NCBI RefSeq assembly: GCF_000737315.1
Contig: NZ_JMCB01000002.1
Span: 124,001 to 188,000, forward strand
Source: Hyalangium minutum
Lineage (GTDB): Bacteria > Myxococcota > Myxococcia > Myxococcales > Myxococcaceae
Direction: 5' to 3'
DNA length: 64,000 bases
The position numbers and the translations under genes are program-made. The notes beneath the pieces were generated by a model that searched no databases, was not told where the DNA came from, and saw only the letters and a list, made by a program, of their open reading frames with translations. Of the stretch, positions 49,824 through 59,561 are shown one piece after another. The first letter of the stretch is position 1; the number at the start of each line of letters is the position of its first letter.

Positions 49824-52448
49824 TCACCGAGTGGCGAGAGTGTCCACGTGCTGGCGCAGCTTCGCCTCGTCGCCCATGCAGGCGCTGAGCCCCGGCAGCG
49901 GCTGGGCGGCCTGGGCAATCTTCCCGCGCGTGCGAGGCCCCGCCGCCACGAGCCACGCCACGCCCAGGGCCAGTTCGGCCACCTCGGTCACGCCGGTGAG
50001 GCCGGCGGCGAGCGAGAGCAGCGCCTCCACCGCCTTCTTCACCTGGGCGCCGTGCAGCGGGTGGTTGCTGGTGATGCCCTGGCGCAGCAGCTCCAGCAGC
50101 GCGAGCGCCGTGGCGCGGGCCTGCCGCACCGGCTCCGGTCCCGAGCCCGTGCCCGCCCAGAGCCCGCTGGCGAGCTGCTGGGACAGCAACTCAGTGGCGT
50201 CCGCGCCGTGGGCCGGTGCCTGCTCGGCGGCGGGGAGCGCCTCCTCCATTTCCATGCGGGCCGCGCCTTCGCTGGCACTCAACGCGTCGTCGTCCATGGG
50301 CTCAGGGGCGACACTCCGGCCTTTGACCATGCGCTCCAGCTCGGAGGCGGCCTCGAGGACCCGATCGGCCGCTCGGCGGAGAGCACCGGTGCTCCCATGC
50401 GCGCTGGCCGCCTTCTCCTTCGCGACGATGGGCATGGGGGCCGCGGCCATTGGCGCCGCAGCCGGACGTGCCGGAGCCGGAGGAGGAGGGCTGCCCGGGG
50501 CCGCGCCGCCCACAGCCGCGAAGGAACCGGTGATGGCCTGCTTCTTTTGGGGGGCCGCTCTGTTGCGCGGCATGACCGAGCGGCTCAGGTCCATCGAGTC
50601 CATCTTCGCCTCCTCCTGCTTCGCCGTGCCGAACATGTCCCAGCCCGCGGGAACATTCACGGGGACGACGCGCGTCTCCGGCTGGCCCGAGGCCCGGCGG
50701 TCTCCGGTGCGCTCCTCCACCACCACGAACGAGGTGTACTTGGTGACGATCTGGTGTTGGACGGCGAACTGGACGATGCGCTCCTTCATCCGCTGGGCGC
50801 GGCGCGGATCCACCAACTCCGCGGACTCCCAGGTGCGGATGCGCTCGGCGGCCCACAGCTTCTCCACGGCGGGCCGATCCGACGCCGCCGGGAAGTCCAC
50901 CGGGAGGGTGAGAGAGAAGGACTCCTGCCCCGAGCGGCCCCGGAGTGTCACCTTGCCCTGGCCCGGAGCGGTGTAGCGGCCGAACAGTGTCCACGGCACC
51001 GCGTCCACCAGCGGCGGCAGCTCGGCCGGAGCGAGCTCGGCGCCCGAGACGCCGTCGAAGCTGGCCGTCAGCTCCGTGACACGCGGGGCGAGCGCGCGGG
51101 AGAACTGGGCCACCACCTTGTCATCGATGCGCTCGCCGGGGTGGATGAACTCCACCGCGCCGCCCGTGTTCCGTGCCATGTCCTTGAGCAGCGCGTCGCT
51201 CACGTTGGTGCCGATGCCGAAGGAGTACACGCGCGTCGTCTTCCGCGCCGCGAGCACCGCCTTGAGGATCTCCGCCTCGTTGCCCACCTGTCCGTCCGTC
51301 AGCAGCACCACCACGCCGTCCGGCGCGCCCTGCACGGCGGCCAGCATGGGCTGCAGCAGCTCCGTGCCGCCCGAGGCTTGCAGCGCGGCCACCCACCGGT
51401 CCGCCTGCTCCAGCGTGTGCTGCGTGAAGACAGACGGCTCGTGGGAGAACTTCCGGAAGCTGTTCTCGAAGGCGATGATGTTGAAGCGATCGCCCTCGCG
51501 CAGGTGGCGCAGGCACAGCCGCAGCGCGCCCTGGGCCTGCGGCAGGCTCTCGCCGCCCATGGAGCCCGAGGTGTCCACCACGAACACCACCTCCTGGCGC
51601 TTGGCCGCGCCCGCCATCGCGAGCAGATCCGGCACCACGGTGAGCGCGAAGGTGCCCTCGCCCTCTCCCTTGCGGTGAGTGACGACGGTCGTCAGCGAGG
51701 CGCTCGTGTCATCGCTCCGCACGGTGATGACGAAGTCCCGGTCCAGGGCCACCTCGCCCTTGGCGAACTTCACGCGGACCTTGTGGCCGTCCTTCTCCAG
51801 GGTGAGCGCGTGCGAGGGGCTCTCCACCACCACCGCGCGGCCCAGGTCCACCAGCAGGTCCATCTTCAGGCCGTAGGCCACGTTCCCAATCGGAGGGGTG
51901 ATGCGATCGGCGTCCGGCACCTGGTTCGTGGGGCTGAACGTGCCGTGCCCCGTGCGGTCTCCCTGGCCCGAGCCCGGGATGTAGCGGGGCGCCACCAGCG
52001 TGGGCAGCATCCACCGCACGCTGCCTTCTTCCACTTGGATGGCCTGGAGGAACTCCACCTCGACGAGCGTCTCCTCGTTCGGCAGCAGGTTGCCCACCTG
52101 GGCGGTGAAGACGTTGGGGCGCTCCTGGTCGAGCAGTGCGGCGCCGTGGCCCGCGGTGATGGCGTCGTCATAGTCCTGGAACGCCTTCTCGCGCTCCTTC
52201 ACCACGCCCTGCACCTTGCGGCCGTTGCACTCCATGGAGAAGCCGATGAGCGTCCCGTCCGAGGGGAGCGGGAAGATATAGACGGCCTCTACGGGCCGGC
52301 TCTCGGTGTTGCGGTAGCGCTGGCGCACGCGCACCCGCGCATGACCGCCGAGCAGCTCACCGGTGACTTCCACGCCCTGCAGAGGGATCTGCGCGCCGCT
52401 CCGCATGAACAGCCCGCACTTCAACTGGCCTGCCGTCTCGATGGTCAT
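49824..52448 (-). CDS. VIT + vWA domain protein
   Basis: VIT (VRQRYRN..PVEAVYIFPLP), MIDAS DTSGSM, LTDG, SFGIG, TKYTSFVVVE. Confidence 0.92.
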   Translation of the reverse strand: MTIETAGQLKCGLFMRSGAQIPLQGVEVTGELLGGHARVRVRQRYRNTESRPVEAVYIFPLPSDGTLIGFSMECNGRKVQGVVKEREKAFQDYDDAITAGHGAALLDQERPNVFTAQVGNLLPNEETLVEVEFLQAIQVEEGSVRWMLPTLVAPRYIPGSGQGDRTGHGTFSPTNQVPDADRITPPIGNVAYGLKMDLLVDLGRAVVVESPSHALTLEKDGHKVRVKFAKGEVALDRDFVITVRSDDTSASLTTVVTHRKGEGEGTFALTVVPDLLAMAGAAKRQEVVFVVDTSGSMGGESLPQAQGALRLCLRHLREGDRFNIIAFENSFRKFSHEPSVFTQHTLEQADRWVAALQASGGTELLQPMLAAVQGAPDGVVVLLTDGQVGNEAEILKAVLAARKTTRVYSFGIGTNVSDALLKDMARNTGGAVEFIHPGERIDDKVVAQFSRALAPRVTELTASFDGVSGAELAPAELPPLVDAVPWTLFGRYTAPGQGKVTLRGRSGQESFSLTLPVDFPAASDRPAVEKLWAAERIRTWESAELVDPRRAQRMKERIVQFAVQHQIVTKYTSFVVVEERTGDRRASGQPETRVVPVNVPAGWDMFGTAKQEEAKMDSMDLSRSVMPRNRAAPQKKQAITGSFAAVGGAAPGSPPPPAPARPAAAPMAAAPMPIVAKEKAASAHGSTGALRRAADRVLEAASELERMVKGRSVAPEPMDDDALSASEGAARMEMEEALPAAEQAPAHGADATELLSQQLASGLWAGTGSGPEPVRQARATALALLELLRQGITSNHPLHGAQVKKAVEALLSLAAGLTGVTEVAELALGVAWLVAAGPRTRGKIAQAAQPLPGLSACMGDEAKLRQHVDTLATR

Positions 52449-52455
52449 CTGGCTT

Positions 52456-52959
52456 CTACCTTTCCTCTGACTGCTCGATGAGGGCGCGCACGCGTTCGGC
52501 GAGCGCCCGGGTCTTCTCGTCTGCGGTGTCCGCGAGGTGCAGCTCCAGCCCCGGCGCCAGCTCCCACCGCCGGTAGCCTGTCACGGGCAACTGTCGCCCT
52601 GCTTGCACGGGCCCCGGCGTGGACACTCCGGAGGCCGGGGAGGGTTCCGACAGTGCCGTCGGAGCCGGTGGCAAGATGTCAGTGGGCACCTGGGCCTCGG
52701 ACAGCGCCTTCAGCTCCTCCGGGCTCAGCCGGGTCAGCTCCACCTGAATGGCATCGAGCGGCAGGAAGCGGGCCTGCAGCACGCGGATGGCCTTGAGCCG
52801 CTGCAGGTGCTCCTCGCCGTACACGGTGTCCGGCCCCTTGAAGGGCGGAGCGGGGAGCAGCCCTCGCTGGACGTAGTAGCGCACCGTGCGGGGGGAGACC
52901 CCTGCCTCGGCGGCCAGCTCGGCCAGCTTCCACTCGGTCTGTGTCTTCGTCGGGCTCAC
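52456..52959 (-). CDS. MerR-like helix-turn-helix regulator
   Basis: LAELAAEAGVSPRTVRYYVQRGLLP...Y...HL.RL; start reassigned to GTG 52959. Confidence 0.85.
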   Translation of the reverse strand: MSPTKTQTEWKLAELAAEAGVSPRTVRYYVQRGLLPAPPFKGPDTVYGEEHLQRLKAIRVLQARFLPLDAIQVELTRLSPEELKALSEAQVPTDILPPAPTALSEPSPASGVSTPGPVQAGRQLPVTGYRRWELAPGLELHLADTADEKTRALAERVRALIEQSEER

Positions 52960-52961
52960 GA

Positions 52962-53005
52962 GACAGACAGTAAGACCCGACAGTTTAACTGTCAAGAAGA
53001 CAGTT
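52962..53005 (-). promoter_or_regulatory. Sigma70 promoter with overlapping palindromic operator
   Basis: Minus strand TTGACA (52995-52990), 17 bp, TACTGT (52972-52967); perfect palindrome GACAGTT-T-AACTGTC at 52979-52993; extra GACAG half-sites at 52962, 52966 and 52999. Confidence 0.75.
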
Positions 53006-53056
53006 GGTGGAATCTTGCCACTGGCGAGAAGGCCTCCCGGCGAGCCTCCCTCGGCC

Positions 53057-53803
53057 TCACCGCCCCATTCCTAGCGAGCGCAGCAAATCCAGGGGGATGG
53101 GGATGACGGTCTGGTTGCCGCTGTTGCTGATCTCCACCAGCGTCTGCAGGTAGCGGAGCTGGAGCGAGGAGGGGTTTCGAGAGAGCACATCGGCGGCCTG
53201 GGCGAGGCGCTCGGCAGCCTGGTGCTCGCCCTCGGCGGCGATGACCTTGGCGCGGCGCTCGCGCTCGGCCTCGGCCTGGCGGGCGATGGCGCGCTGCATC
53301 TCCACCGGCAGGTCCACGTTCTTCACCTCCACGTTGGAGACCTTGATGCCCCACGGGCCCGTGTGCGCGTCGAGCACCTGCTGGATCTCCTTGTTGACGC
53401 GGTCGCGCTGGGAGAGCAGGTCGTCCAGCTCCACCTGCCCGAGGATGGCGCGCAGCGTGGTCTGCGCCAGCTGGCTGGTGGCGTAGAGGTAGTCCTCCAC
53501 CTGGAGCACGGCCTTGTCGGCCTGGATGACGCGGAAGTAGACGACGGCGCTCACCTTCACGCTGACGTTGTCCTTGGTGATGACGTCCTGGGGGGGCACG
53601 TCCCGTGCCACGGTGCGCAGATCGATGATGACCATGCGCTCCACGAAGGGGATGAGCCAGCGGAAGCCGGCGCGCTTGAGCCCCACATAGCGGCCGAGCC
53701 GGAAGACGACTCCGTTCTGGTACTCGGTGACGATGCGGACGCCGGAGATGAAGAGGAAGAAGAGGAAGACCACGGGAATCAACAGGCCAAGGAGCTCGCT
53801 CAT
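53057..53803 (-). CDS. Slipin/stomatin-like SPFH protein
   Basis: [54 protein letters not shown]. Confidence 0.95.
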   Translation of the reverse strand: MSELLGLLIPVVFLFFLFISGVRIVTEYQNGVVFRLGRYVGLKRAGFRWLIPFVERMVIIDLRTVARDVPPQDVITKDNVSVKVSAVVYFRVIQADKAVLQVEDYLYATSQLAQTTLRAILGQVELDDLLSQRDRVNKEIQQVLDAHTGPWGIKVSNVEVKNVDLPVEMQRAIARQAEAERERRAKVIAAEGEHQAAERLAQAADVLSRNPSSLQLRYLQTLVEISNSGNQTVIPIPLDLLRSLGMGR

Positions 53804-55152
53804 GTCTTCACCTCGTCGACGTACAGGGTGAGGCCCTCCACGCGGCGCACCACCACGGGGGTTCCGGCTTGGATGGGAGAGGCGGAGACGGCCCGCCAGC
53901 GCTCGCCGTGGACGAACACCTCGCCCCCCTCGGAGGAGACGGGCCCGAGCGTGGTGCCGCGTTCCCCTGGCAGCCCCGCGTCTCCGGCAAGCTGCGGCAG
54001 ATGGCGGGTCTGCGCGCTGCGGAAGGCGAGGAACACGGCGAAGCCGGCGACCACGATGGCCGTGGGGAGCACCAACGGCAGGGGCACGGACGCGCGCGAG
54101 GAAGGGTCGACGAACCATTCCGGGTCGAAGCGATCCACCAGCAGCACGCCTCCGAGGATGAGCAGCAGCGCCCCGCCAGCGCCGAGCAGGCCGCTGGTGA
54201 CGAAGATCTCCGCGATGAGCATGCCGATGCCCAGGAAGAGGAGCAGGACGGCGCCGGTGCGCACGGGCAAGGCCGAGGAGGCCAGCAGGGCGAGCACGAA
54301 GGCCACGATGCTGATGAGGCCCGGGGCGAAGACGCCCGGATGGGTCAGCTCCACCATGAGCCCGAGCGCGGCCACGAGGAAGAGCATGTAGACGATGGCG
54401 GGCTCCGCGAGCCCATGGAGCAGGCGCTGGGAGAGACTCGGCGAGAGCTCCACCACCTGGGCCTCGCGCGTGGCGAGCTGCCGAGGCCCATCCGCTGTCT
54501 CGACGCGCCGGCCATCCGCCCATGCGAGGAACGCCTCCTCCGAGGAGGCCACCGTCTCCACGACGTGCAGCTCCACGGCGCGGTCGGCGGGGACGCTGAC
54601 GCTCTCACGCACGGCGGTGGCGGCCCACTCGGCGTTGCGGCCGCGCTGGCGGGCGATGCTCTCGGCGAAGGCGGCGGTGTCGTTCTCGATCTTCCGGGCC
54701 ATGGCCTCGCCCGCCTGTTGGGGATCTTCCCCGGTCAGTCCGAGGACGGGGTGCGCCGCGCCAATGTTCGTTCCCGGCGCCATGGCGGCCAGGTGCGATG
54801 CGAGGGTGACGAAGACGCCCGCGCTCCCCGCCCGGGCGCCCGAGGGCCCCACCCAGACCAGCACCGGCACGCGCGAGGCGAGGAAGGCCCGGACGATGGC
54901 GCGGGTGGACTCCAAGGAGCCGCCGGGCGTGTCCACCCGGACGAGCAACGCGGCATGGCCCGCCTCCTCCGCCTTTCGGACGCACTCGGTCAGATAGGCG
55001 CCCGAGCCGGCATCCACGATGCCTTCGAGCACACAGCGGGACACGATGGGCCTGTCACGAGGGGACTCGGCGAGGACGCCGCTCGCCAGCATCAGCCCGA
55101 GCAGCGGGAGGACACGGGCCCTCCGCCAGGCCATGCGAGTCCCGGAGTTCAT
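53800..55152 (-). CDS. nfeD: NfeD-family membrane serine protease (long form)
   Basis: [24 protein letters not shown]-terminal OB-fold G.V..HGERW; ATGA overlaps with both neighbours. Confidence 0.92.
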   Translation of the reverse strand: MNSGTRMAWRRARVLPLLGLMLASGVLAESPRDRPIVSRCVLEGIVDAGSGAYLTECVRKAEEAGHAALLVRVDTPGGSLESTRAIVRAFLASRVPVLVWVGPSGARAGSAGVFVTLASHLAAMAPGTNIGAAHPVLGLTGEDPQQAGEAMARKIENDTAAFAESIARQRGRNAEWAATAVRESVSVPADRAVELHVVETVASSEEAFLAWADGRRVETADGPRQLATREAQVVELSPSLSQRLLHGLAEPAIVYMLFLVAALGLMVELTHPGVFAPGLISIVAFVLALLASSALPVRTGAVLLLFLGIGMLIAEIFVTSGLLGAGGALLLILGGVLLVDRFDPEWFVDPSSRASVPLPLVLPTAIVVAGFAVFLAFRSAQTRHLPQLAGDAGLPGERGTTLGPVSSEGGEVFVHGERWRAVSASPIQAGTPVVVRRVEGLTLYVDEVKT

Positions 55153-56441
55153 GCGGGAGCGCTCGGTTGGGAGGCGAGGGCCAGCCCTCGAGGCGCCAGG
55201 GGCCTGTCGTGGGCCAGTGCATCCATCATTCGCAGTTCGTCGAGCAGCAGCCGGGGGAAGAGGAAGTTCTGGCGGACGTGCTCCCGGCCCCGCTCGCCCA
55301 GACACTGGGCCTCTTGTGGGTGGCGCAGCAGGTGGAGCACGGCTTCGGCGCACTCCTCCACGTTGTCCACGAGGATGCCGCCCGTGCCCTCGGGCATCTG
55401 GATCGGGATGCCGCCGGCACGTCCGGCGACGACGGGGGTGCCCTTCCACAGTGCCTCGGACACGACGAGCCCGAAGCCCTCGCGGATGGACTTCTGGATG
55501 ACGACGTCCGAGAGCGACTGGAAGGCGTTGACCTCCATGTTTCCCACGCCCACCAGGTTGGTGAAGATGTGGATGCGATTGTCGCCTGTGGTGACGTCGC
55601 GGATCTGCCGGTAGATGTCCCAGCCTTCGGGATCATCCAGGGCGAGCGAGCCCACCATGGCCAGCTGCAGCTCAGGGATGTGGGCACGCACGCGCCGGTA
55701 TGCGGCGATGACGCCCAGGGGGTCCTTCCACGGATCGAAGCGGCTGATCTGGGTGACGAGAGGCCGGCTCAGACGCACGCCGAGCCACTCGAGCAACTGG
55801 CGCGCAAGGTCCACCGGGAGGGGGAGGTTCTTGGGGCTGAGCGGATCAATGGCCGGCGAGTGGATGGCCACGCGGCCGATGGGGAACCTCGGGGGGATGA
55901 ACTCGGGCAGGGTGAAGATGGCGGCGTCGTAGGGGTAGAGGAACGGGCGGAGGAACTCCCAGGCCTCGGGGTTGGGGCTGGAGGTGTCGATGTGACAGCG
56001 CCAGATCCATCGCGCGTCCTGGCGGTCGGCGAGCATGGCCAAGGCGGCCGGCTGCGGATCGTGGACGACGATGAAGTCATAGTCCGTGGACAGGTTGCGG
56101 GCGTTGAGCTGCGAGTGGGCGAGGTACGTGGCCTTGTCCGTCTCGGAGAAGCCGCCGGGGGCTCCCTGAAGACCGTTGTGGAGACGCTTGGTGACCTGAA
56201 AGAAGGCCTGGTCGCCCCGGATGAGCTGCCAGTCGGCCACCAGACCTAGATCATTGAGCAGCGCAACGCCCGAACGGAGGAGTTCCGAGACTCCGCCTCC
56301 GTACGGCGTGGCGTTGAGGTGCAGGACGCGGGCGCCGCGCAGGCGCTCGGCCAGATGGAGCACCTCCTCGATGTGCTCCTCGGGGGCAATGCCCCTGTAC
56401 GCGGAGAACGAGCGCTTCCCGAGATCGACGAGGTCCAGCAT
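55149..56441 (-). CDS. GT4 glycosyltransferase, trehalose synthase (TreT)-like
   Basis: [56 protein letters not shown]. Confidence 0.88.
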   Translation of the reverse strand: MLDLVDLGKRSFSAYRGIAPEEHIEEVLHLAERLRGARVLHLNATPYGGGVSELLRSGVALLNDLGLVADWQLIRGDQAFFQVTKRLHNGLQGAPGGFSETDKATYLAHSQLNARNLSTDYDFIVVHDPQPAALAMLADRQDARWIWRCHIDTSSPNPEAWEFLRPFLYPYDAAIFTLPEFIPPRFPIGRVAIHSPAIDPLSPKNLPLPVDLARQLLEWLGVRLSRPLVTQISRFDPWKDPLGVIAAYRRVRAHIPELQLAMVGSLALDDPEGWDIYRQIRDVTTGDNRIHIFTNLVGVGNMEVNAFQSLSDVVIQKSIREGFGLVVSEALWKGTPVVAGRAGGIPIQMPEGTGGILVDNVEECAEAVLHLLRHPQEAQCLGERGREHVRQNFLFPRLLLDELRMMDALAHDRPLAPRGLALASQPSAPA

Positions 56442-56635
56442 GGAGCCCTCCGGGACGAAGTTGGGTCTGGAGCCACCGCGCGACAGCCGGGCCGAAGGGC
56501 AAGCCCGGGGCGGGGGGCGCAGGGCGGGGGCTTGCCCGGCTGGGGGCCGCATCCGATGCCGAACGGATGCGCTCGCAGCGCATTGCCTGAAGTGAGGCCG
56601 GTTCCTAGCGTCCTCGGAGGCCCTTAGGAGGACTT

Positions 56636-56827
56636 ATGCGTCGTGCCGTACTCATCGCTGTCTCTTTGGCTGCTCTTTCCACTGCCTGCCGGACGACCCA
56701 GCCGCAGGGCGCGGACAACCAGGTGCCCATCGACAACCCAGGGCAGGAGTCCATCCAGACGGTCCCTGCGGAGCCCCCAGGCCCTGGCAGCCCCATCACT
56801 GCCCCGGTGGACGCTCCCAAAGGGTAG
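56636..56827 (+). CDS. Small Pro-rich lipoprotein
   Basis: AGGAGG RBS, MRR + hydrophobic core + LSTAC lipobox. Confidence 0.7.
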   Translation: MRRAVLIAVSLAALSTACRTTQPQGADNQVPIDNPGQESIQTVPAEPPGPGSPITAPVDAPKG

Positions 56828-56854
56828 AAGCCACTGAGCCGAAGCAGCCGCGCG

Positions 56855-57748
56855 CTACTGGAAGATGTCCGAGCGGGCGGCCTCGGCGATGGCGACGACA
56901 GCGGGGTGACGCAGCCGGCGCTCGACGGTGATGGCGTAGAAGCAGTTCTCGATCTCGTCGGTGCGGCCGATGACGGTGACGTCGAACTGGCGGACGACCT
57001 CGGCCTCGATGACGGAGGGCATGGCGAAGACGCCGAGCCCGCGCTGACCGAAGGCCTTGAGGAGGGCGCTGTCGTCGAAGTCGCCGACGATGGTGGGGCG
57101 CACGCCCTTGCCATCGAACCAGACGTCGAGCGCGTGGCGGACGGCGCTGGCCTCGGAGGGCATGAGCATGGGGGCGCCGTGGAGGGAGCGGGGGAAGTCC
57201 TTCTTGAGGTGGCCGTGGATGGCCGCAGCGAAGAAGGACACCCCGCACTTGCCGAGCAGGTGGTTGAAGGCTCGGACACTGACGGGCTCTGAGCCGGGGG
57301 CATCGGCGAGCACGACGTCCAGCTCATGCAGGGCGAGCGAGGCGAGGAGCTGGGGGAGGGGGCCTTCGCGGCAGATGATGCGCAGGGGGCCGACGTCGAG
57401 GGCGGGCTGGAGGAGCCGCTCGGCGACGACCTTGGGGACGACGTCAGCGACGCCGACCTGAAGGCGGAGTTGCTGGCCGGAGGGGAGGCCGCTGACGACG
57501 TTCTTGAGCTCGTTGCCGAGGCGGAAAATCTCATCGGCGTAGCGCATGACGGTGCGGCCGACGTCAGTGAGGACGAGCTTGCGACCCTGTCGCTCGAAGA
57601 GCTTGTGGCCGAGCGCCTCCTCGAGGAGCTTGATCTGGCTGCTGATGGTGGGCTGGGCGAGGTGGAGTTCTTCGCCGGCCTTGGCGATGGTGCCGGCCCG
57701 GGCCACGGTCCAGAAGTAGAGCAGGTGGTGGTAATTGAGCCAGCTCAA
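56855..57748 (-). CDS. nhaR: LysR-family transcriptional activator NhaR
   Basis: MSWLNYHHLLYFW..AR.G, QPTISSQI..LE, DDSALLKAFG..G.G.F. Confidence 0.9.
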   Translation of the reverse strand: MSWLNYHHLLYFWTVARAGTIAKAGEELHLAQPTISSQIKLLEEALGHKLFERQGRKLVLTDVGRTVMRYADEIFRLGNELKNVVSGLPSGQQLRLQVGVADVVPKVVAERLLQPALDVGPLRIICREGPLPQLLASLALHELDVVLADAPGSEPVSVRAFNHLLGKCGVSFFAAAIHGHLKKDFPRSLHGAPMLMPSEASAVRHALDVWFDGKGVRPTIVGDFDDSALLKAFGQRGLGVFAMPSVIEAEVVRQFDVTVIGRTDEIENCFYAITVERRLRHPAVVAIAEAARSDIFQ

Positions 57749-57922
57749 GCTTTCCTCAAGGGGTCGGGACGAACGTTCGATGCTCGGGTAGGTAAGGGGT
57801 TCCGTACTGGGGGTGACGTGGCGGGCTGGCCGAAGGGTGGGCGTACGAGGGTAGGAGGGGTGTAGGGTCTAGGCGAGTGGCCGGGCGGCCGGGCGTTAAA
57901 GGCAGGAAGGATCAGAACGCGC

Positions 57923-57951
57923 TTGACGTAGGAGAGGAGTCCCCGTAAATC
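57923..57951 (+). promoter_or_regulatory. Sigma70-type promoter of tRNA-Phe
   Basis: TTGACG-17 bp-TAAATC followed by a GC-rich discriminator. Confidence 0.65.
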
Positions 57952-57976
57952 GGCGCTGCTTTGCGCGGTGACACCC

Positions 57977-58049
57977 GCCCAGGTAGCTCAGTCGGTAGAG
58001 CAGGGGACTGAAAATCCCCGTGTCGGTGGTTCGATTCCGCCCCTGGGCA
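57977..58049 (+). tRNA. tRNA-Phe: tRNA-Phe (GAA); CCA end not encoded
   Basis: Acceptor GCCCAGG/CCTGGGC, D-arm AGCTCAGTCGGTAGAGC, anticodon stem GGGGA-CTGAAAA-TCCCC, T-loop GGTTCGATTCC. Confidence 0.97.
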
Positions 58050-58069
58050 CAAGAAGCTGAAGAAATTTC

Positions 58070-58105
58070 AGGGCCTTGAACTTCGGTTCAAGGCCCTTCT
58101 TTTTT
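58070..58105 (+). terminator. Rho-independent terminator (possibly bidirectional)
   Basis: 12-bp perfect stem AGGGCCTTGAAC-TTCG-GTTCAAGGCCCT followed by TCTTTTTT. Confidence 0.88.
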
Positions 58106-58194
58106 GCCCGCCGAGAGGAAGGCCTGTGCCGGCGTGGGGCTCCAGGGAACTGCTCTGCACCCGTCCACACCCTCCACAGGCCTCCCATCCTCGG

Positions 58195-58368
58195 CTAGTA
58201 GTTAGGCTCGCACAGCGAAGGCACGTTGATGCATTCGCAGCAGATATCCAACTCAGAGACCTCGGTCCCGAGGGTCGCCGACATCTCCAGGCGAGACTCC
58301 AGCTCGGTCAGCTGAAACTCCTCCATCAGCTCATCGGTTGCGACAGACACGGGCTTCTTTGCGGCCAT
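58195..58368 (-). CDS. 57-aa putative RiPP precursor peptide MAAKKPVSVATDELMEEFQLTELESRLEMSATLGTEVSELDICCECINVPSLCEPNY
   Basis: Translated by hand; GGAGG RBS 7-8 nt upstream; 32 nt after the acyltransferase stop; below the ORF-track cutoff. Confidence 0.75.
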   Translation of the reverse strand: MAAKKPVSVATDELMEEFQLTELESRLEMSATLGTEVSELDICCECINVPSLCEPNY

Positions 58369-58400
58369 GGTGTTTCCTCCGGTGGTACGACAGTCAAGGT

Positions 58401-59561
58401 TCAGGGGCTCCCGGCGCTCGCCAGCGCGCCTACGTCGAGCAGCTTGCGGATCCGCGCATTCGACAAGTCCAGCGCGGCCCGTGCGGAAGGGCGCTCAACG
58501 GCTGCGCGGAACACGTCAGCTGCCTCCTGGTCGAGCATGAGGCAGCTGTGGCGGGCCTTGTCGAGCAGGACCGGCTGCTCCCCATACACCAGCAGCGCGA
58601 ACCGGCCGGTATCGGCGCGCAGCTCCGCGGCGCCCTCCTCGACCGTCCGCGCGGCGGGACGCACATCCGTGTTTCGCTGGAGATAGCGCTCGACGTAAAG
58701 CCAGCCTTCCCACTGCCCCAGCGCATCGGCCACGGACTGTTCCAGCAGGCGGTACAGCGCCTGGGTTGTGCTGGCGGCGTACTGCTCACGATCGTCTCCG
58801 GACGGGACAATCGGCGGATGAAAGGTCAGCGACAGGGAATGATCGGCGTCGCGCCGGCACACCACGGGCACCACGGGTACGCCTGAGAGGTGGCTCAGAT
58901 AGGCGATTCCAGCACGCGCCATGAGCTGCTGGCCGAAGAACTCCACGGGCACCATGCTGCCGTTGTCCTTGTTGTTACCGACTCCCGCGTTGCCGTCGAT
59001 GTAGAGGACGAGCGACGCGCCGCGCCTGAGGGCACGCAGGCCGAACAGGAGGCTGTTGCGGTCTTGGGCGTTGACCGTGCGGAGCGTGCCCGTCCAGCCC
59101 CGGGCCCGCGCGGCATCCTGCACCCCCTCGAGGATGTCCTGCCCCTGCTTGTTCAGCGTATTCCCAGCCAGGAACAACACGCAGTCGGTTCCGGCGCGCA
59201 TCAGGAAGTGGAACAAGTGCCGATACGAACCCGCGTGGTAGGTGCAGAAGATGTGGCTGCCCGCCGTCCGTCCGTCCAAGAAGATGCCAGCCAGATCACG
59301 CAGGCGCGTCGTCTGCACCAGGTCGTATTGCTTCTGGTCGAGCACCGCCATGCGCTGCTGGAAGATCACCTCCGCGATGACCGCCTCCCGGCGCTCGCGC
59401 GGCAGCCGCGGGAAGAAGTAACGCAGGTTGGCGTCGCACAGGTGGTAGGCATTGTTGAACGCATCGGACTGGCGCGGCGCACTGACGACACCGTCCAAGG
59501 CGCGGCGCAGCGCCACGATGAGCTCGTCTGCCTTGCGAGCATAGTGTGCGTCCACGCTCAT
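58401..59561 (-). CDS. LpxL/LPLAT-like acyltransferase with C-terminal RRE/PqqD-like extension
   Basis: TYHAGSY, LVLYIDGN, VEFFG, GIAYLSHLSGVPVVP, QWEGW parallel LpxL blocks; ATGA overlap with the upstream gene fixes the start at 59561. Confidence 0.8.
   Translation of the reverse strand: MSVDAHYARKADELIVALRRALDGVVSAPRQSDAFNNAYHLCDANLRYFFPRLPRERREAVIAEVIFQQRMAVLDQKQYDLVQTTRLRDLAGIFLDGRTAGSHIFCTYHAGSYRHLFHFLMRAGTDCVLFLAGNTLNKQGQDILEGVQDAARARGWTGTLRTVNAQDRNSLLFGLRALRRGASLVLYIDGNAGVGNNKDNGSMVPVEFFGQQLMARAGIAYLSHLSGVPVVPVVCRRDADHSLSLTFHPPIVPSGDDREQYAASTTQALYRLLEQSVADALGQWEGWLYVERYLQRNTDVRPAARTVEEGAAELRADTGRFALLVYGEQPVLLDKARHSCLMLDQEAADVFRAAVERPSARAALDLSNARIRKLLDVGALASAGSP

Noticed and set aside
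52960-52995. TTG start of the HTH regulator given by the ORF track
   Set aside because: That TTG is the TTGACA -35 box; GTG 52959 fits the promoter geometry and domain start.
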